From: a virus
Strand: one strand, 5' to 3'
DNA: 64,000 nucleotides
Virus record (IMG/VR): IMGVR_UViG_3300033485_000001
Coordinates: 96,001 to 160,000 of that record
The notes beneath the pieces were generated by a model that did no database searches, was not told the origin of the DNA, and saw only the letters and a program-made list of their open reading frames with translations. This document shows positions 27,501 through 36,929 of the stretch, piece after piece; the first letter of the stretch is position 1; each line of letters begins with the position of its first letter. The translations under genes were made by a program, and so were the position numbers.

Positions 27501-30500
27501 ACCTTCGCCTACAACAAGTTCAACTCCTACCTGAAGGCGCTCGGAGTGAACACTGAGAAGGACGGCAACAGCCTGAACCTCGTGCCGCTCACGGACAAGG
27601 ACGTCCTCTCGATGTCCAACGGCGAGCTCAAGGACGCGGGCCGCGTCGTGAAGATGAGGACGCTCCAGCCGGAGAAGAACGGCCTCTTCGATCCGAAGAT
27701 CACAGGCGGGCATGACGGGACCAACTGGTCCCACATCAAGCTCACCTCACCCATGCCGAACCCCCTGTTCGAGAAAGCCATCATGAGCGTGGCTGGGATC
27801 CGTGGTCCGCAGTTCGACAAGATCATAGGTGGCACGGCGGGTGTGACGAAGGACGGCGCCATCGTCGAGCAGACGGGTGTGAAGGGGGCGACCTACGGAC
27901 CCGCAGCGATCGATCACTTGCTGGCGAAGGTGGACATCAAGAAGGACCTCGCGGTGGAGGAGGCACGGATCCAAGGGCTCAAGGGCCAGCTTCAGAACGA
28001 GTCGAGGCGCAAGATCAAGTACCTCCGTGCGTTGGACAAGCTGGGCATGAAGCCGACTGACGCCTACATGATGAAGCACGTTCCGATCCTGCCTCCGAAC
28101 ATGCGGCCCATCGCCGTGCTCGATGACGGGAGCCTCCAGACCGATGACCTGAACGAGATCTACAAGCAGCTCGCGATCGTCAACAAGAAGCACGGCGAGT
28201 TTCCGGCCAACGCGCCGCAGTCGCTCAAGGCCCCGCTCCAGGAGGACATCTACGATCACCTGAAGTCCCTCACTGGGCTCGGTGGCACCCTCAACAGGAA
28301 GCACCCTGGCATCCTCGACGTCCTCTCAGGACGTGAGGGACCGAAGACCAGCTTCGCACAGGACGTTCTGATCAAGCGCAAGCAGGACCTCACCATGAGG
28401 TCCACCATCGTCCCGGAGCCGTCCCTCTCGCTGGACGAGGCGGAGATCCCGAGGAAGGCTGCGAAGGAGATGTACAAGCCCTTCCTGGTCCGGGAGCTGC
28501 GCCGCACAGCCGGAGTCACCCCGCTTGCCGCCAAGAAGATGATCGACGAGGACGACCCGCTCGCGAACAAGGCGCTGGATCGTGTGGTTCAGGAGCGCCC
28601 TGTGCTGCTGAAGCGCGACCCGGTCCTCCACAAGTACGGCATCCAGGCGTTCAAGCCACGGCTCGTCGAGGGGAAGGCCATCAAGATCCACCCCCTCGTG
28701 TGCTCCGGCTTCAACGCCGACTTCGATGGCGACACCATGAGCGCCTACGTTCCGATCACGGCGGAGGCCGTGAAGGAGGCGGAGCAGATGTTCCCCTCGC
28801 GGAACCTCTTCTCCCCGGCCACTGGATCCGTCATGTACACCCCCGGCCACGAAGCGCAGGTCGGCCTGTTCATGATGGCCGACGCTGGGAAGTGGACTGG
28901 TCAGCGGTTCAAGAGTCAGGCCGAGCTCGAGAGCGCGGTGAGAGCCGGGAAGGCGACTCAGAACGACGTGGTCATGGTGGGGAACGTCAAGACCACGCTC
29001 GGGAGATTGCAGATCAACAGCCACCTCCCAAAGGATCTCCAGGGAGGGAAACTCCTCACCGATCTGAACTACAGGTTCACGAAGAAGGAACAGGAGAAGC
29101 TCTTCAACGGCATGGTCAAGGTCGACCGCGCCGCGTATCCGTCTTCGATCAACAAGCTGAAGGACCTCGGGAACGAGGCAGCCACGATGGGCAGCTTCAG
29201 CTTCGGCCTCGGAGACTTCAAGGTCCACAAGGACATCCGTGATCCAATCCTGCGAAGCGCGGAGGCAAAGGCGGCCAAGCTGGACCTGTCCAAGAAGGAT
29301 CAGCTCAACAAGTTCATCGACATCTACGAGGGCGCGACCAACGAGATCGATGAGAAGCTGAAGCAGCGCATCGCCGACCCCAAGTTCCAGACCAACCTCG
29401 TCAAGCTCGAGGTGGCAGCTGGGATCAAGGGAAGGGGTCTGCGGCAGCTCACGGCAGCCCCAGTTCTCTTCGTAGACGGCAAGGGCGAGGTGGTCACCAG
29501 CCCCGTGAAGAAGTCCTACGCAGAGGGCCTCTCGTCAGGGGACTACTGGGCGGCGACCAGCGGCGGCAGGAAGGGTGCGATCCAGAAGGTCCAGTCGGTC
29601 AGTGAGCCGGGCTACCTGACGAAGCAGATGGCCAACAGCACCCTCGACATGCTCGTGGCCGCCAACGACTGCGGCACCAGCCGAGGCGTGAACCTGCACG
29701 TGGACGAGCCTGATGTGATCGGCAGGTACACCGTCGCGGACCTGAAGCTCCAGAAGGGAATCATCCCGGCGAACACCCTCGTCACGCCGGAGATCCTGAG
29801 CCGTATCAAGAACGCCAAGATCGACAAGGTCGTGGTCCGATCTCCGATGCGCTGTGTCCACGGTAAGGGTGTCTGTGCGAAGTGCATGGGGCTCAACGAG
29901 AACGGGAAGCTCAACGATCTGGGAACCAACGTGGGCATCCTGGCCACCCAGTCCATCGGCGAGCGCGGCACGCAGCTTGCCATGAAGGCGTTCCACTCAG
30001 GCGGCGTCTACGAGGGCAGGGAAGCAGCCACGAAGTCCATTGCAGCGGGTGGCCTCGACCGAGCCGGCAACATCCTGAACCTCCCGCAGAAGCTCAAGGG
30101 ATCAGCGATCCTCTCGACCACTGTCGGTCGGGTGAACAAGATCGAGAAGGATCCCGCCGGCGGTGTTCGAGTCTCCATCGGGGACAAGGAGCACTACGTC
30201 CCCGCCGACCGAGCGATGCTCGACAAGGTTCGCGTGGGGTACCAGGTCAAGAAGGGCGATCCGATTACCAACGGCCCCGTCAACCCACACGAGCTGCTCC
30301 CGCTCACCAACATGAGCAAGGTGCAGGGTCACCTGGCGGGGGAACTCCATTCCATCTACGGGCAGTACGGCATCAAGCGGAGGCACTCCGAGCTCATGGT
30401 GCGGGCGCTCTCGAACGTGACCAAGGTCGAGAACCCCGGCGGCAACCCAGACCTCCTGCCCGGAGACTTCACGAGCACGAGTCAGGTCTACGAGTGGAAC

Positions 30501-30743
30501 AAGCAGAACCCGAAGACCAAGCCCGTGGTTCACACCCCAGTTCTGCGCGGTGTGAAGACGATCCCCCTCGACATCCAAGAGGACTGGATGGCTCGATTGA
30601 ACCACGAGCACTTGAAGAGTACGCTTGTGGAGGCGGCACAGCAGGGATGGCAAAGCAACCTCCACGGCATGCACCCGATCCCGCCCCTCATGCATGGGGC
30701 CGAGTTCGGAAAGGGTACCAAGGACAAGCCCTGGGCCTACTGA
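24546..30743 (+). CDS. rpoBC: Single-polypeptide fused beta-beta' DNA-directed RNA polymerase
   Basis: Beta: HFGVLDP.HTPE, ANM/RATMAG.HMEQA, GYNFED, GDKLVGRHGNKG; beta': LIKRKQDL.MRS, LLKRDPVLHK, NADFDGD, EPGYL, QSIGERGTQL.MKAFHSGG. Confidence 0.97.
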   Translation: MILDDRGLRRQQVARLDPAEGFEILKSHVKDAISSSFPQEGAKNVLKLESLDIPDKLSVSNVGEQKAAKMNGRTWGVPVHATLVLEDKKTGKVLDRSKIKIATLPKVTNRYSYIVEGSEYQVDNQWRLKPGVYTKVQQNGELDSFFNIQGQPLHLGFDPKERSFVMKHGGAQPPLYPIMRALGHSDGDLEKAWGKDILNANMTDSRGKVLKVDKHAIAFAKRLVPEEEITTLEKASEVIKQKFAESRLHPDVTSRTLGKAIDKITPEAMLRSSQRLLGVARGTEKPDVRDSLMFKEFLSTEDFIGERIKQSSPVIQRRIGNNIDRRDKIRDIVGMDVFQRPVKEFFSKVSLASTPEQTNPLKMISGQLRTTIAGEGGVKDANRITEDAKLVDPSHFGVLDPLHTPESVKTGVNLQLALGTRKVGTRVEIPLIHARTGKVTYLDPGKINDAMVALPDSVKRVNGKFSPKEGSTVLVSGPGNELMRVPMKDVEYVVPRSSQMFSIATNMVPFISSDSPNRATMAGRHMEQAIPLVNPEAPLVQSVLGKKSFDELVGSYASHAAPADGTVLRVEKDAIHIKGSDKKTHIVHTYDHYPTNDKKGMIHSNSLVKAGDKVTKGQVVADTNFTKNGVYAPGKNLQVAYMPWRGYNFEDGVVISETAAQKLTSEHLHKKGLSTKEAQLLGTKKYQAYYQDRLNKEQAAKLDPDGVVKPGMRVKPGDTLIAALAEQQLTTEEQKLKLLHKSLVRPFKDKAITWDEDVEGEVIEVNKRGTRVDVHVKTAEPMDVGDKLVGRHGNKGIVTMILPDHEMPKTKDGKPIEVIMNPIGTPGRMNIGQVLETAAAKIAQKTGQPFKVTNFEVENNLEFVENELKKHGLTDKESIIDPKTGREIPNIQVGPQYILKMEHQVGKKMAARSRDSYDRNLVPKGGGPHGAQALGSLGIYSMLAHGAKANIREMQTYKSDKSQGGDNDELWSALQAGEMLPPPRTTFAYNKFNSYLKALGVNTEKDGNSLNLVPLTDKDVLSMSNGELKDAGRVVKMRTLQPEKNGLFDPKITGGHDGTNWSHIKLTSPMPNPLFEKAIMSVAGIRGPQFDKIIGGTAGVTKDGAIVEQTGVKGATYGPAAIDHLLAKVDIKKDLAVEEARIQGLKGQLQNESRRKIKYLRALDKLGMKPTDAYMMKHVPILPPNMRPIAVLDDGSLQTDDLNEIYKQLAIVNKKHGEFPANAPQSLKAPLQEDIYDHLKSLTGLGGTLNRKHPGILDVLSGREGPKTSFAQDVLIKRKQDLTMRSTIVPEPSLSLDEAEIPRKAAKEMYKPFLVRELRRTAGVTPLAAKKMIDEDDPLANKALDRVVQERPVLLKRDPVLHKYGIQAFKPRLVEGKAIKIHPLVCSGFNADFDGDTMSAYVPITAEAVKEAEQMFPSRNLFSPATGSVMYTPGHEAQVGLFMMADAGKWTGQRFKSQAELESAVRAGKATQNDVVMVGNVKTTLGRLQINSHLPKDLQGGKLLTDLNYRFTKKEQEKLFNGMVKVDRAAYPSSINKLKDLGNEAATMGSFSFGLGDFKVHKDIRDPILRSAEAKAAKLDLSKKDQLNKFIDIYEGATNEIDEKLKQRIADPKFQTNLVKLEVAAGIKGRGLRQLTAAPVLFVDGKGEVVTSPVKKSYAEGLSSGDYWAATSGGRKGAIQKVQSVSEPGYLTKQMANSTLDMLVAANDCGTSRGVNLHVDEPDVIGRYTVADLKLQKGIIPANTLVTPEILSRIKNAKIDKVVVRSPMRCVHGKGVCAKCMGLNENGKLNDLGTNVGILATQSIGERGTQLAMKAFHSGGVYEGREAATKSIAAGGLDRAGNILNLPQKLKGSAILSTTVGRVNKIEKDPAGGVRVSIGDKEHYVPADRAMLDKVRVGYQVKKGDPITNGPVNPHELLPLTNMSKVQGHLAGELHSIYGQYGIKRRHSELMVRALSNVTKVENPGGNPDLLPGDFTSTSQVYEWNKQNPKTKPVVHTPVLRGVKTIPLDIQEDWMARLNHEHLKSTLVEAAQQGWQSNLHGMHPIPPLMHGAEFGKGTKDKPWAY

Positions 30744-30752
30744 GGTAAGATC

Positions 30753-31139
30753 ATGATGAGCGAGATCGACGAGGTCAGGTACGGTGCCTTCTTTGACGAG
30801 CTGGGTCAGATCGAGAAGGCGGGCATCCTCACGAAGTTCGCGGCTGGGCCTGGGTTCTTCGGCCAGCTCTGGCGGGGCGGAAAGCAGCTGCTCACCCAAC
30901 CGACCCACGCCATCAAGGGGATTCAGAAGGCATACGGTCGGGGCTCGCTGCTCCAGGAAGCTACTGGAGGGGGCAGGCTTCGGCAGTTCGGCGGTGGCCT
31001 CAAGGAGGTGTGGAAGACACCGCAGGGCAAGGCCGCCATCGTCGGAGGTCTCGGAGTCGCCGGCGGTCTGACTGGGGCCGGGTACATGGCCGGCAGAGGC
31101 GGCGGTGGCCAGCAGAGCCAGAACGTCTACGTGAGGTAG
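30753..31139 (+). CDS. Tagged Gly-rich small protein (AFFDELGQIEKAG)
   Basis: Tag near N-terminus; C-terminal AAIVGGLGVAGGLTGAG. Confidence 0.7.
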   Translation: MMSEIDEVRYGAFFDELGQIEKAGILTKFAAGPGFFGQLWRGGKQLLTQPTHAIKGIQKAYGRGSLLQEATGGGRLRQFGGGLKEVWKTPQGKAAIVGGLGVAGGLTGAGYMAGRGGGGQQSQNVYVR

Positions 31140-31142
31140 CGC

Positions 31143-32336
31143 GTGGCGCGATCACATCGCAACTCGATGGTCCAGCGGGGCGTGAACCCCGTACTGATCG
31201 AAGATGGCCGGATCATCAACGTCGACATGGCCCACTGGACCGTCGACGTCAGAACCATGCACTCGCAACGGCAGCTCCTCGACATGCAGGTCGGAGCGCC
31301 CTACCTGCACTTCACGGCAGGCGAGGGCATCTACGCGATGCCCGAGGTTGGCGCCAAGGTCAAGACGTGCAGCCCCAGCGACGGATCACCGTTCATCCTC
31401 TGCTTCATCACAGCCTTCGAGCGCGAGGGACAGCCTGCGTCCGACGAGGGACAGACCACGACACGTCCCACGACGGAGACCTCGAGCGAGGAGGGCGACG
31501 CCCCGTCCGAGGTGACGTTCCGTGCTGGCCGCCCGAAGCTCCAGCAGGGCGACATCATGATGCGCTGCCGAGACGGGAACCAGATCTGGCTCCATCGTGG
31601 CGGCGTCGTCGAGATCGGAGCTACCTGGATCGCCAAGCGTTACTACATCCCGCTCCTCAACACGGTCCGGGACATCGCCGAGAATTGGGAGGCGCTGACC
31701 ATCGCTGGAGACATGATGTGGCACGTCGAGCGCGCCGACTCGAGTCAGTCCAGCGAGTCACGTCAGGACGAGGCGACCTTCACCCTCATGGCGAAGAACT
31801 TCGCCCAGGATCAGTACGCCACCATCCTCGTCCGCGCTGGTCACGTCGATGACACAGGGCGGTTCAGAATGATCGTGGCCCCCAACCTCATCGACACCAG
31901 GACCGGGGAGGTTCGCGGTGAGGCGGTCTACACGATGGACATCGATGAGGAGGGCAACGTCGACATCACCGTGAAGAAGGATGTCACGATCACCATCGAG
32001 GGCGAGCTGTCCCAGACCGTCAACGGAGACGCCGACTACGTTTACGGGTCGAATCGGACGATAAGCGTGGCTGGCAACTCCGAGGAGACCGTCACCGGCA
32101 GCCACAGGTTCGAGGCAGCCAGCAGCGAGGAGAGGGTCGACGGAACCAAGACGATCGCGTCTCCGTCGATCAAGCTGGGCAGCTCGGGTGCTCCGTACAA
32201 GGTTCTCCTTGGGACCCCGGCGGCGCTCGCGTTCTTCGCTGGCCACAAGCACACCGTGATCGGCAGCGAGACTTCCATCCCGGTGACTCCGGTGTTTCCC
32301 AATCAGGTCTCTGCTCGAAAGGTGTTTGGTGAGTGA
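31143..32336 (+). CDS. Baseplate central spike (gpV/gp5-like)
   Basis: N-terminal OB fold (GRIINVD...VDVR, MPEVGAKV), beta-helical repeats, GHKHT metal-binding tip. Confidence 0.75.
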   Translation: MARSHRNSMVQRGVNPVLIEDGRIINVDMAHWTVDVRTMHSQRQLLDMQVGAPYLHFTAGEGIYAMPEVGAKVKTCSPSDGSPFILCFITAFEREGQPASDEGQTTTRPTTETSSEEGDAPSEVTFRAGRPKLQQGDIMMRCRDGNQIWLHRGGVVEIGATWIAKRYYIPLLNTVRDIAENWEALTIAGDMMWHVERADSSQSSESRQDEATFTLMAKNFAQDQYATILVRAGHVDDTGRFRMIVAPNLIDTRTGEVRGEAVYTMDIDEEGNVDITVKKDVTITIEGELSQTVNGDADYVYGSNRTISVAGNSEETVTGSHRFEAASSEERVDGTKTIASPSIKLGSSGAPYKVLLGTPAALAFFAGHKHTVIGSETSIPVTPVFPNQVSARKVFGE

Positions 32337-32623
32337 TCGTGTCGCTGAGTGCTACCAGATTGGAGCAGCGCATCATCAGCATCTTCCGGGTGACCGCCCG
32401 TTCGCTGTATCCTGATGTAGTGAAGAGCGTGTCCGTCCGCCAGGTCCCGAAGAGCGACGGGACCGTCGATGTGGAGCTGACGGAACACCGAGGTCCGCTC
32501 GAGGTGGATGAGAGGTACATGATTCCACTGGCTAGGGCGATTGCTCAGGCCGTGGTAGAAGAGATCAAGTCAGGGGCCGAGGTGGAGGACACCGTGGCAC
32601 TCCAGACCTGGAGGATCAAATGA
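32333..32623 (+). CDS. Hypothetical protein
   Basis: 96 aa, GTGA-coupled to neighbours. Confidence 0.55.
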   Translation: MIVSLSATRLEQRIISIFRVTARSLYPDVVKSVSVRQVPKSDGTVDVELTEHRGPLEVDERYMIPLARAIAQAVVEEIKSGAEVEDTVALQTWRIK

Positions 32624-34689
32624 GCGACGTTCCGCTGTTCTTCGAGGTGAAGACGCCGACCATCGAGAAGACTGCCTTCGAGGCCAAGCTCTCCGAGAAC
32701 GCCGACACCTGGCCGAGGGAGGTGCTCGACGAGCTGCTGAAGCAGCATCCCTACATGGGCATCTACGACGTCAGCCCGATCATGACCGAGGTGAACGGCG
32801 ATCGGGGGATCGGCATCGGCTTCTTCCAGGTGAGCAACACCTCTGCCACCGCCGCCCTCGGTCCGGGCGGTGAGGCGCTGCGTGCCATGCAGGGCGTCAA
32901 GACCGTCCGCATCCCGATCATCATCAAGGACACCAAGCTGTCCCCCCTCGACGTGATGATGCAGTCGGACGGCAAGGCGTTTCCGCTCAACGAGCGGAGG
33001 ATGCGTGAGGCCCTGCATCGCCCGCAGCTCTTCGACGCGGTGAAGAAGTCCCCCGGCGATCAGTCGCTGGTGGAGAGCCTCTACCCACCGACCGCCCGTC
33101 AGCGCGGCATCCAGGCTGGTCAGGTCGTGGATGCTCCGCAGATGAAGATCGGCTCGGCCAAGTCGGAGCTGCTCCTTCAGGCCATCGCCCCCTCGGTGCT
33201 TCAGGGCGACCTCGACAAGGTGGCCTCCGCGCTGGAGAGCGACGAGGACCTCACGAGGGCGCTGGTCCACAACCCCTACACCAGGGAGGCCCTTCGGTTC
33301 ATCGGCACCCTCGAGGCCACGACCGCAGAGGACGTCGCCAAGGTGGCATCCAAGATCTCCAGGCCCGACATCATCCAGGTCAGCCGGGACGGCGAGGTCT
33401 ACCACCTGAAGATGGCGAACAGCCAGGACTTCAGCCCGGAGGTCGTCGAGGCGGATCGTCCCACCATGGTGGACCTCGCCGGCGAGGACCTCGTGCGGAA
33501 GGCGGACAAGGACGGCGCCGTCACCGTCAGCACCGACCCCGTCGTCCGGGACACGCTGGAGGACGAGGTGGCCGAGGTGGTGACCCGCTTCGGCGAGTAC
33601 CGCGTCAAGACCTCGGACGGCAAGGAGCTCATGGGCTGGGTCTTCCCGACTGTGCTGGACTTCGATGGGACCGCGCTCCCCATGCAGCTCTTCACGAACG
33701 GGAGCAACTCCGCCGTTCAGCCGCAGATCGCAGGCAGCCTGGTCGGCAAGAGCTCGAACATCATCCGGGGCAAGCCCGAGGGCTACGGCTTCTTCTACCG
33801 GGTCACGGCGAGCGGCAGCGTCCTCGCCTTCCTGCCGGTGGAGGTCAAGTCGAAGTTCGCGGAGTCGGGTGGCGAGGGCTACCTGGTCCGGACCATGATG
33901 GGTGGGGCCGCGCGAATCATGTTCGCGCCCGGAAGCCGGGAGATCATCAAGACCGGACCCGAGGAGTTCACGCTGCCTGCCGACGTGCGGTGGGCTCCGC
34001 TCGGCGATGCGGTCCCGCTCATGGAGGATCCAGGCCAGTTCGCCAAGGTGGCCTACCTGAAGGACATCCACAACGTGGTCAAGATCGTCTCGGACAGGTC
34101 CACCTGGTCCTTCAAGAGCGGCCCCGGTCTCAACAAGGTGGCCTACCAGTGGCGCGAGGGACTGAGCGGCGAGAACGCCATGTTCATGGCCTGCACCTTC
34201 GGCATGGATCCGGGGACGGCCGCCAGGGCGCTCGTGAAGGCGGCCAAGGCCGGCTACTCCGAGGTGAAGGGCTGCCGCGAGATCCACATCCACCAGGAGA
34301 AGCTGGCCTCCGCTCGGCAGGAAGCAGCGCAGCTGATGCGCGAGGTGCCGAAGAAGCACCTGCTCCTCAAGGAGGCGGCCGGGCTCGACGACATGACCAC
34401 CGTGGATCACATCCTCTCCCTGGGCTTCCTCAACCCAGAGAACCTCCGCACCTTCGTCAACTACCTCCCCGACCTGGACGAGACGGTGAGCAAGCTCGCC
34501 GAGCTGCTCGTGGCGGCGAGGACGGGCATGAAGGACGTGCCGGAGGACAGCATCAAGAGCGCGATGGAGCGCCTGGATGAGGTGATCATCGGTCTGAAGG
34601 AGCTGCTGCATCGGGAGTCCATCAGCAAGACCAGTGCGGCCAGGCGTGACGCCTTGACCGAGAAGCTCCTCGGTATGGCCGGGGGATGA
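32620..34689 (+). CDS. Putative head internal protein rich in K-x-A sites
   Basis: EKTAF, DKVAS, AKVAS, AKVAY, EKLAS, LKEAA, SKLAE; strong codon bias. Confidence 0.6.
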   Translation: MSDVPLFFEVKTPTIEKTAFEAKLSENADTWPREVLDELLKQHPYMGIYDVSPIMTEVNGDRGIGIGFFQVSNTSATAALGPGGEALRAMQGVKTVRIPIIIKDTKLSPLDVMMQSDGKAFPLNERRMREALHRPQLFDAVKKSPGDQSLVESLYPPTARQRGIQAGQVVDAPQMKIGSAKSELLLQAIAPSVLQGDLDKVASALESDEDLTRALVHNPYTREALRFIGTLEATTAEDVAKVASKISRPDIIQVSRDGEVYHLKMANSQDFSPEVVEADRPTMVDLAGEDLVRKADKDGAVTVSTDPVVRDTLEDEVAEVVTRFGEYRVKTSDGKELMGWVFPTVLDFDGTALPMQLFTNGSNSAVQPQIAGSLVGKSSNIIRGKPEGYGFFYRVTASGSVLAFLPVEVKSKFAESGGEGYLVRTMMGGAARIMFAPGSREIIKTGPEEFTLPADVRWAPLGDAVPLMEDPGQFAKVAYLKDIHNVVKIVSDRSTWSFKSGPGLNKVAYQWREGLSGENAMFMACTFGMDPGTAARALVKAAKAGYSEVKGCREIHIHQEKLASARQEAAQLMREVPKKHLLLKEAAGLDDMTTVDHILSLGFLNPENLRTFVNYLPDLDETVSKLAELLVAARTGMKDVPEDSIKSAMERLDEVIIGLKELLHRESISKTSAARRDALTEKLLGMAGG

Positions 34690-34692
34690 TGC

Positions 34693-35571
34693 GTGATCTC
34701 CCACCCAGCCATCTTCTGGGCCAAGTTCTACCTCTCTCGTAGATCGCACACATACGACGGGGTGGCCCAGCTTCTCTCCGTCATCGGGCTGGCAGGGCTC
34801 AACACCCCCGAGCTCGAGCAGATCGACAAGGCGATGAACTACCCGACGCCGTTCACGCCGAAGAACCTTCGGGATCGCCCAAGCCAGACCTTCTTGAGGT
34901 ACGAGCGGATCTATGATGCCTGGCATCAGGGTGAGGACATGCGCAAGGCGTTGGCCGTCCTGAACACGGCCAAGCTGCGAGATCTGGTGGAGACCTACAT
35001 CCTGTCACCGATCAAGCCGGAGCAGGCTGTTAGGAAGATCAATCGACTGTTCCCCGAAGCCAACCTCACGGTGAGGGCCTACGACCTCTTCCAGCACTTC
35101 TTCTGGAATCGTGAGGGGATGGGCGGCTCGGAGTGGGGCAAGTTCGTAGGTGATCGTGATGCGTCGAACAAGGAATGGCTTCAGCTTGCGGTAGATGTGC
35201 GGGGGCCTGGTGGAGTCCAGGCCCTCTTGTGGAAGACGAACACGGGACCCCTGAAAGGCATCGAGGCGAACAAGGCGTTCACGGACGTCCGCAACATCGC
35301 GTACATGTGCATCCAACAGATCGGGATGCAGACCCCGTCCAAGTACCACTCGGAGATGATGCTCAACTACGCCAGGGCGATGAAGCTGGCACAGGAAGGG
35401 ATCGACGCGAGCTCCGATGCGGTGCGGGATGTGGTGCAGGCATTCGGCTCCTTCAAGATGCGACACGCCGAGTTGACCACACCGTCGGTGCAGCAGTTGA
35501 CGGGCGGCAACTTCTCCGAGGCCGAGGGAGGTTCCGATACGGAAGGAGTGCTGGACTATGGGGATGTTTGA
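34693..35571 (+). CDS. Hypothetical protein
   Basis: 292-aa ORF in structural block. Confidence 0.7.
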   Translation: MISHPAIFWAKFYLSRRSHTYDGVAQLLSVIGLAGLNTPELEQIDKAMNYPTPFTPKNLRDRPSQTFLRYERIYDAWHQGEDMRKALAVLNTAKLRDLVETYILSPIKPEQAVRKINRLFPEANLTVRAYDLFQHFFWNREGMGGSEWGKFVGDRDASNKEWLQLAVDVRGPGGVQALLWKTNTGPLKGIEANKAFTDVRNIAYMCIQQIGMQTPSKYHSEMMLNYARAMKLAQEGIDASSDAVRDVVQAFGSFKMRHAELTTPSVQQLTGGNFSEAEGGSDTEGVLDYGDV

Positions 35572-35965
35572 CCAGAGGGGGAACCCCACTGATCTCGTCA
35601 AGGAGCACGGTGGTGAAGCTCGTGAGATGTTCCAGAAGAACTACTTCGGCCAGGGTGCCCCGAACATCCGGCCTGTGGACATGAAGCACGTCGAGCTCCC
35701 GAACTTCATCGCCGAGTTCGTCGTGAAGGGTGAGGATCTGATCCTCCACTTCTACAAGAACGACGACAAGGGCTGGCCGTCGGACTTCAGGAGCCGGATG
35801 TGGAACGCGCTCATGGAGACCTTCAAGCTCCAGGACCACCAGGACCGCATCGTGATCGAGTGGATCCCGGAGCTGTTCAGCTGGTGCGTCACCGTCAAGA
35901 AGATGGCGATCGTCTCGGCTCCGCCCGATGACGTTGTCCTCACCGCCCTCCAGCGCGTAGGATAG
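35558..35965 (+). CDS. Hypothetical protein
   Basis: 135 aa, GGAG RBS. Confidence 0.65.
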   Translation: MGMFDQRGNPTDLVKEHGGEAREMFQKNYFGQGAPNIRPVDMKHVELPNFIAEFVVKGEDLILHFYKNDDKGWPSDFRSRMWNALMETFKLQDHQDRIVIEWIPELFSWCVTVKKMAIVSAPPDDVVLTALQRVG

Positions 35966-35970
35966 ATCCG

Positions 35971-36246
35971 ATGGGAGAGACGTCACCTACGACAGATGCA
36001 CGGGCGTTCGCGCAGGCGAACGACGAGATCACCCGTCAGCAGCGGCGGTCTCGTCAACCACAGGAGAAGCAGTCCCAGATCGGAGGCTCGCCGTTCTCGG
36101 CTGTGAGCGGGAACACGCCTACCGTACAGGCGACTCCTCCATCGAACGCACCCTCGGTCCCCAACGCCTCCGCGACCGTCACGAAGGTGGGGCAGGTGAT
36201 GTTCTCCGCGTTTGCTGATGAGCTCAAGCAGATCATCAGGAGGTAG
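35971..36246 (+). CDS. Small protein with C-terminal tag (AFADELKQII)
   Basis: Pro/Ser-rich body, tag at C-terminus. Confidence 0.65.
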   Translation: MGETSPTTDARAFAQANDEITRQQRRSRQPQEKQSQIGGSPFSAVSGNTPTVQATPPSNAPSVPNASATVTKVGQVMFSAFADELKQIIRR

Positions 36247-36249
36247 ATC

Positions 36250-36912
36250 ATGCCAGCGTGGATCCACGACCGTGCGATGTCGATGAAGAAGAGCATGGAG
36301 AAGACCTACGGCCCCGAGAAGGCCAAGCAGGTCGCCTTCGCCGTCGCCACGCAGCAGGCGCACAAGGTGGGCAAGAGTCCCAAGACGCACGTCTCCAAGG
36401 AGACGGGGGAGCGAGAACGATTCGGCACCCCTGAAGGTCGGGCAGAGGCCAAGGCCAAGTTCGACAAGCCCAAGAGCGAGTACAAGAAGACTGCCTCTGC
36501 GATCATGTTCGACGGCTTCGCCGATGAGCTGTCGAAGATTGCGGCTGCGAAGTGGCGAGAGGTTCTGAGAGCTGGCGGTGAGGCAGCCCAGAGGCTCAGG
36601 AGGGCGGGGGCTGTCTCCTCCAAATCCAGAGTTGTTCACGGTGCCTTGTTCGACGATGCCGCTGCCATCAACCCGCAGCTTCACATGCCGGGGGCTGTCC
36701 CGTCCAAGGTTCCGGGCATGATGTCCCTGTTGCAGAAGCTGCCTGCCGCTGAGCGCGCGAGGGGTGTGCGGATGATGCGGTCGATGGCGACCAGTTCTCC
36801 GACAGCGTCCCACTCTCTACCCTGGCCCAGCGGCACGCCGGCTCAACTTGCCCAGAGCATGGTCCCTGAGTCGAGTGTCGTTGCTCGGCGTGTGGTGAAT
36901 GTCGGCGGCTGA
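36250..36912 (+). CDS. Basic protein with internal tag (GFADELSKIAA)
   Basis: GGAGG RBS; two modules separated by KKTAS and the tag. Confidence 0.65.
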   Translation: MPAWIHDRAMSMKKSMEKTYGPEKAKQVAFAVATQQAHKVGKSPKTHVSKETGERERFGTPEGRAEAKAKFDKPKSEYKKTASAIMFDGFADELSKIAAAKWREVLRAGGEAAQRLRRAGAVSSKSRVVHGALFDDAAAINPQLHMPGAVPSKVPGMMSLLQKLPAAERARGVRMMRSMATSSPTASHSLPWPSGTPAQLAQSMVPESSVVARRVVNVGG

Positions 36913-36929
36913 TCAGAAAGGTACTTGAA

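Noticed and set aside
24546-30743. Host chromosomal rpoBC (i.e. bacterial contamination)
   Set aside because: No flanking ribosomal protein genes; it is shortened and divergent, and it sits between portal and spike genes with the same codon style.
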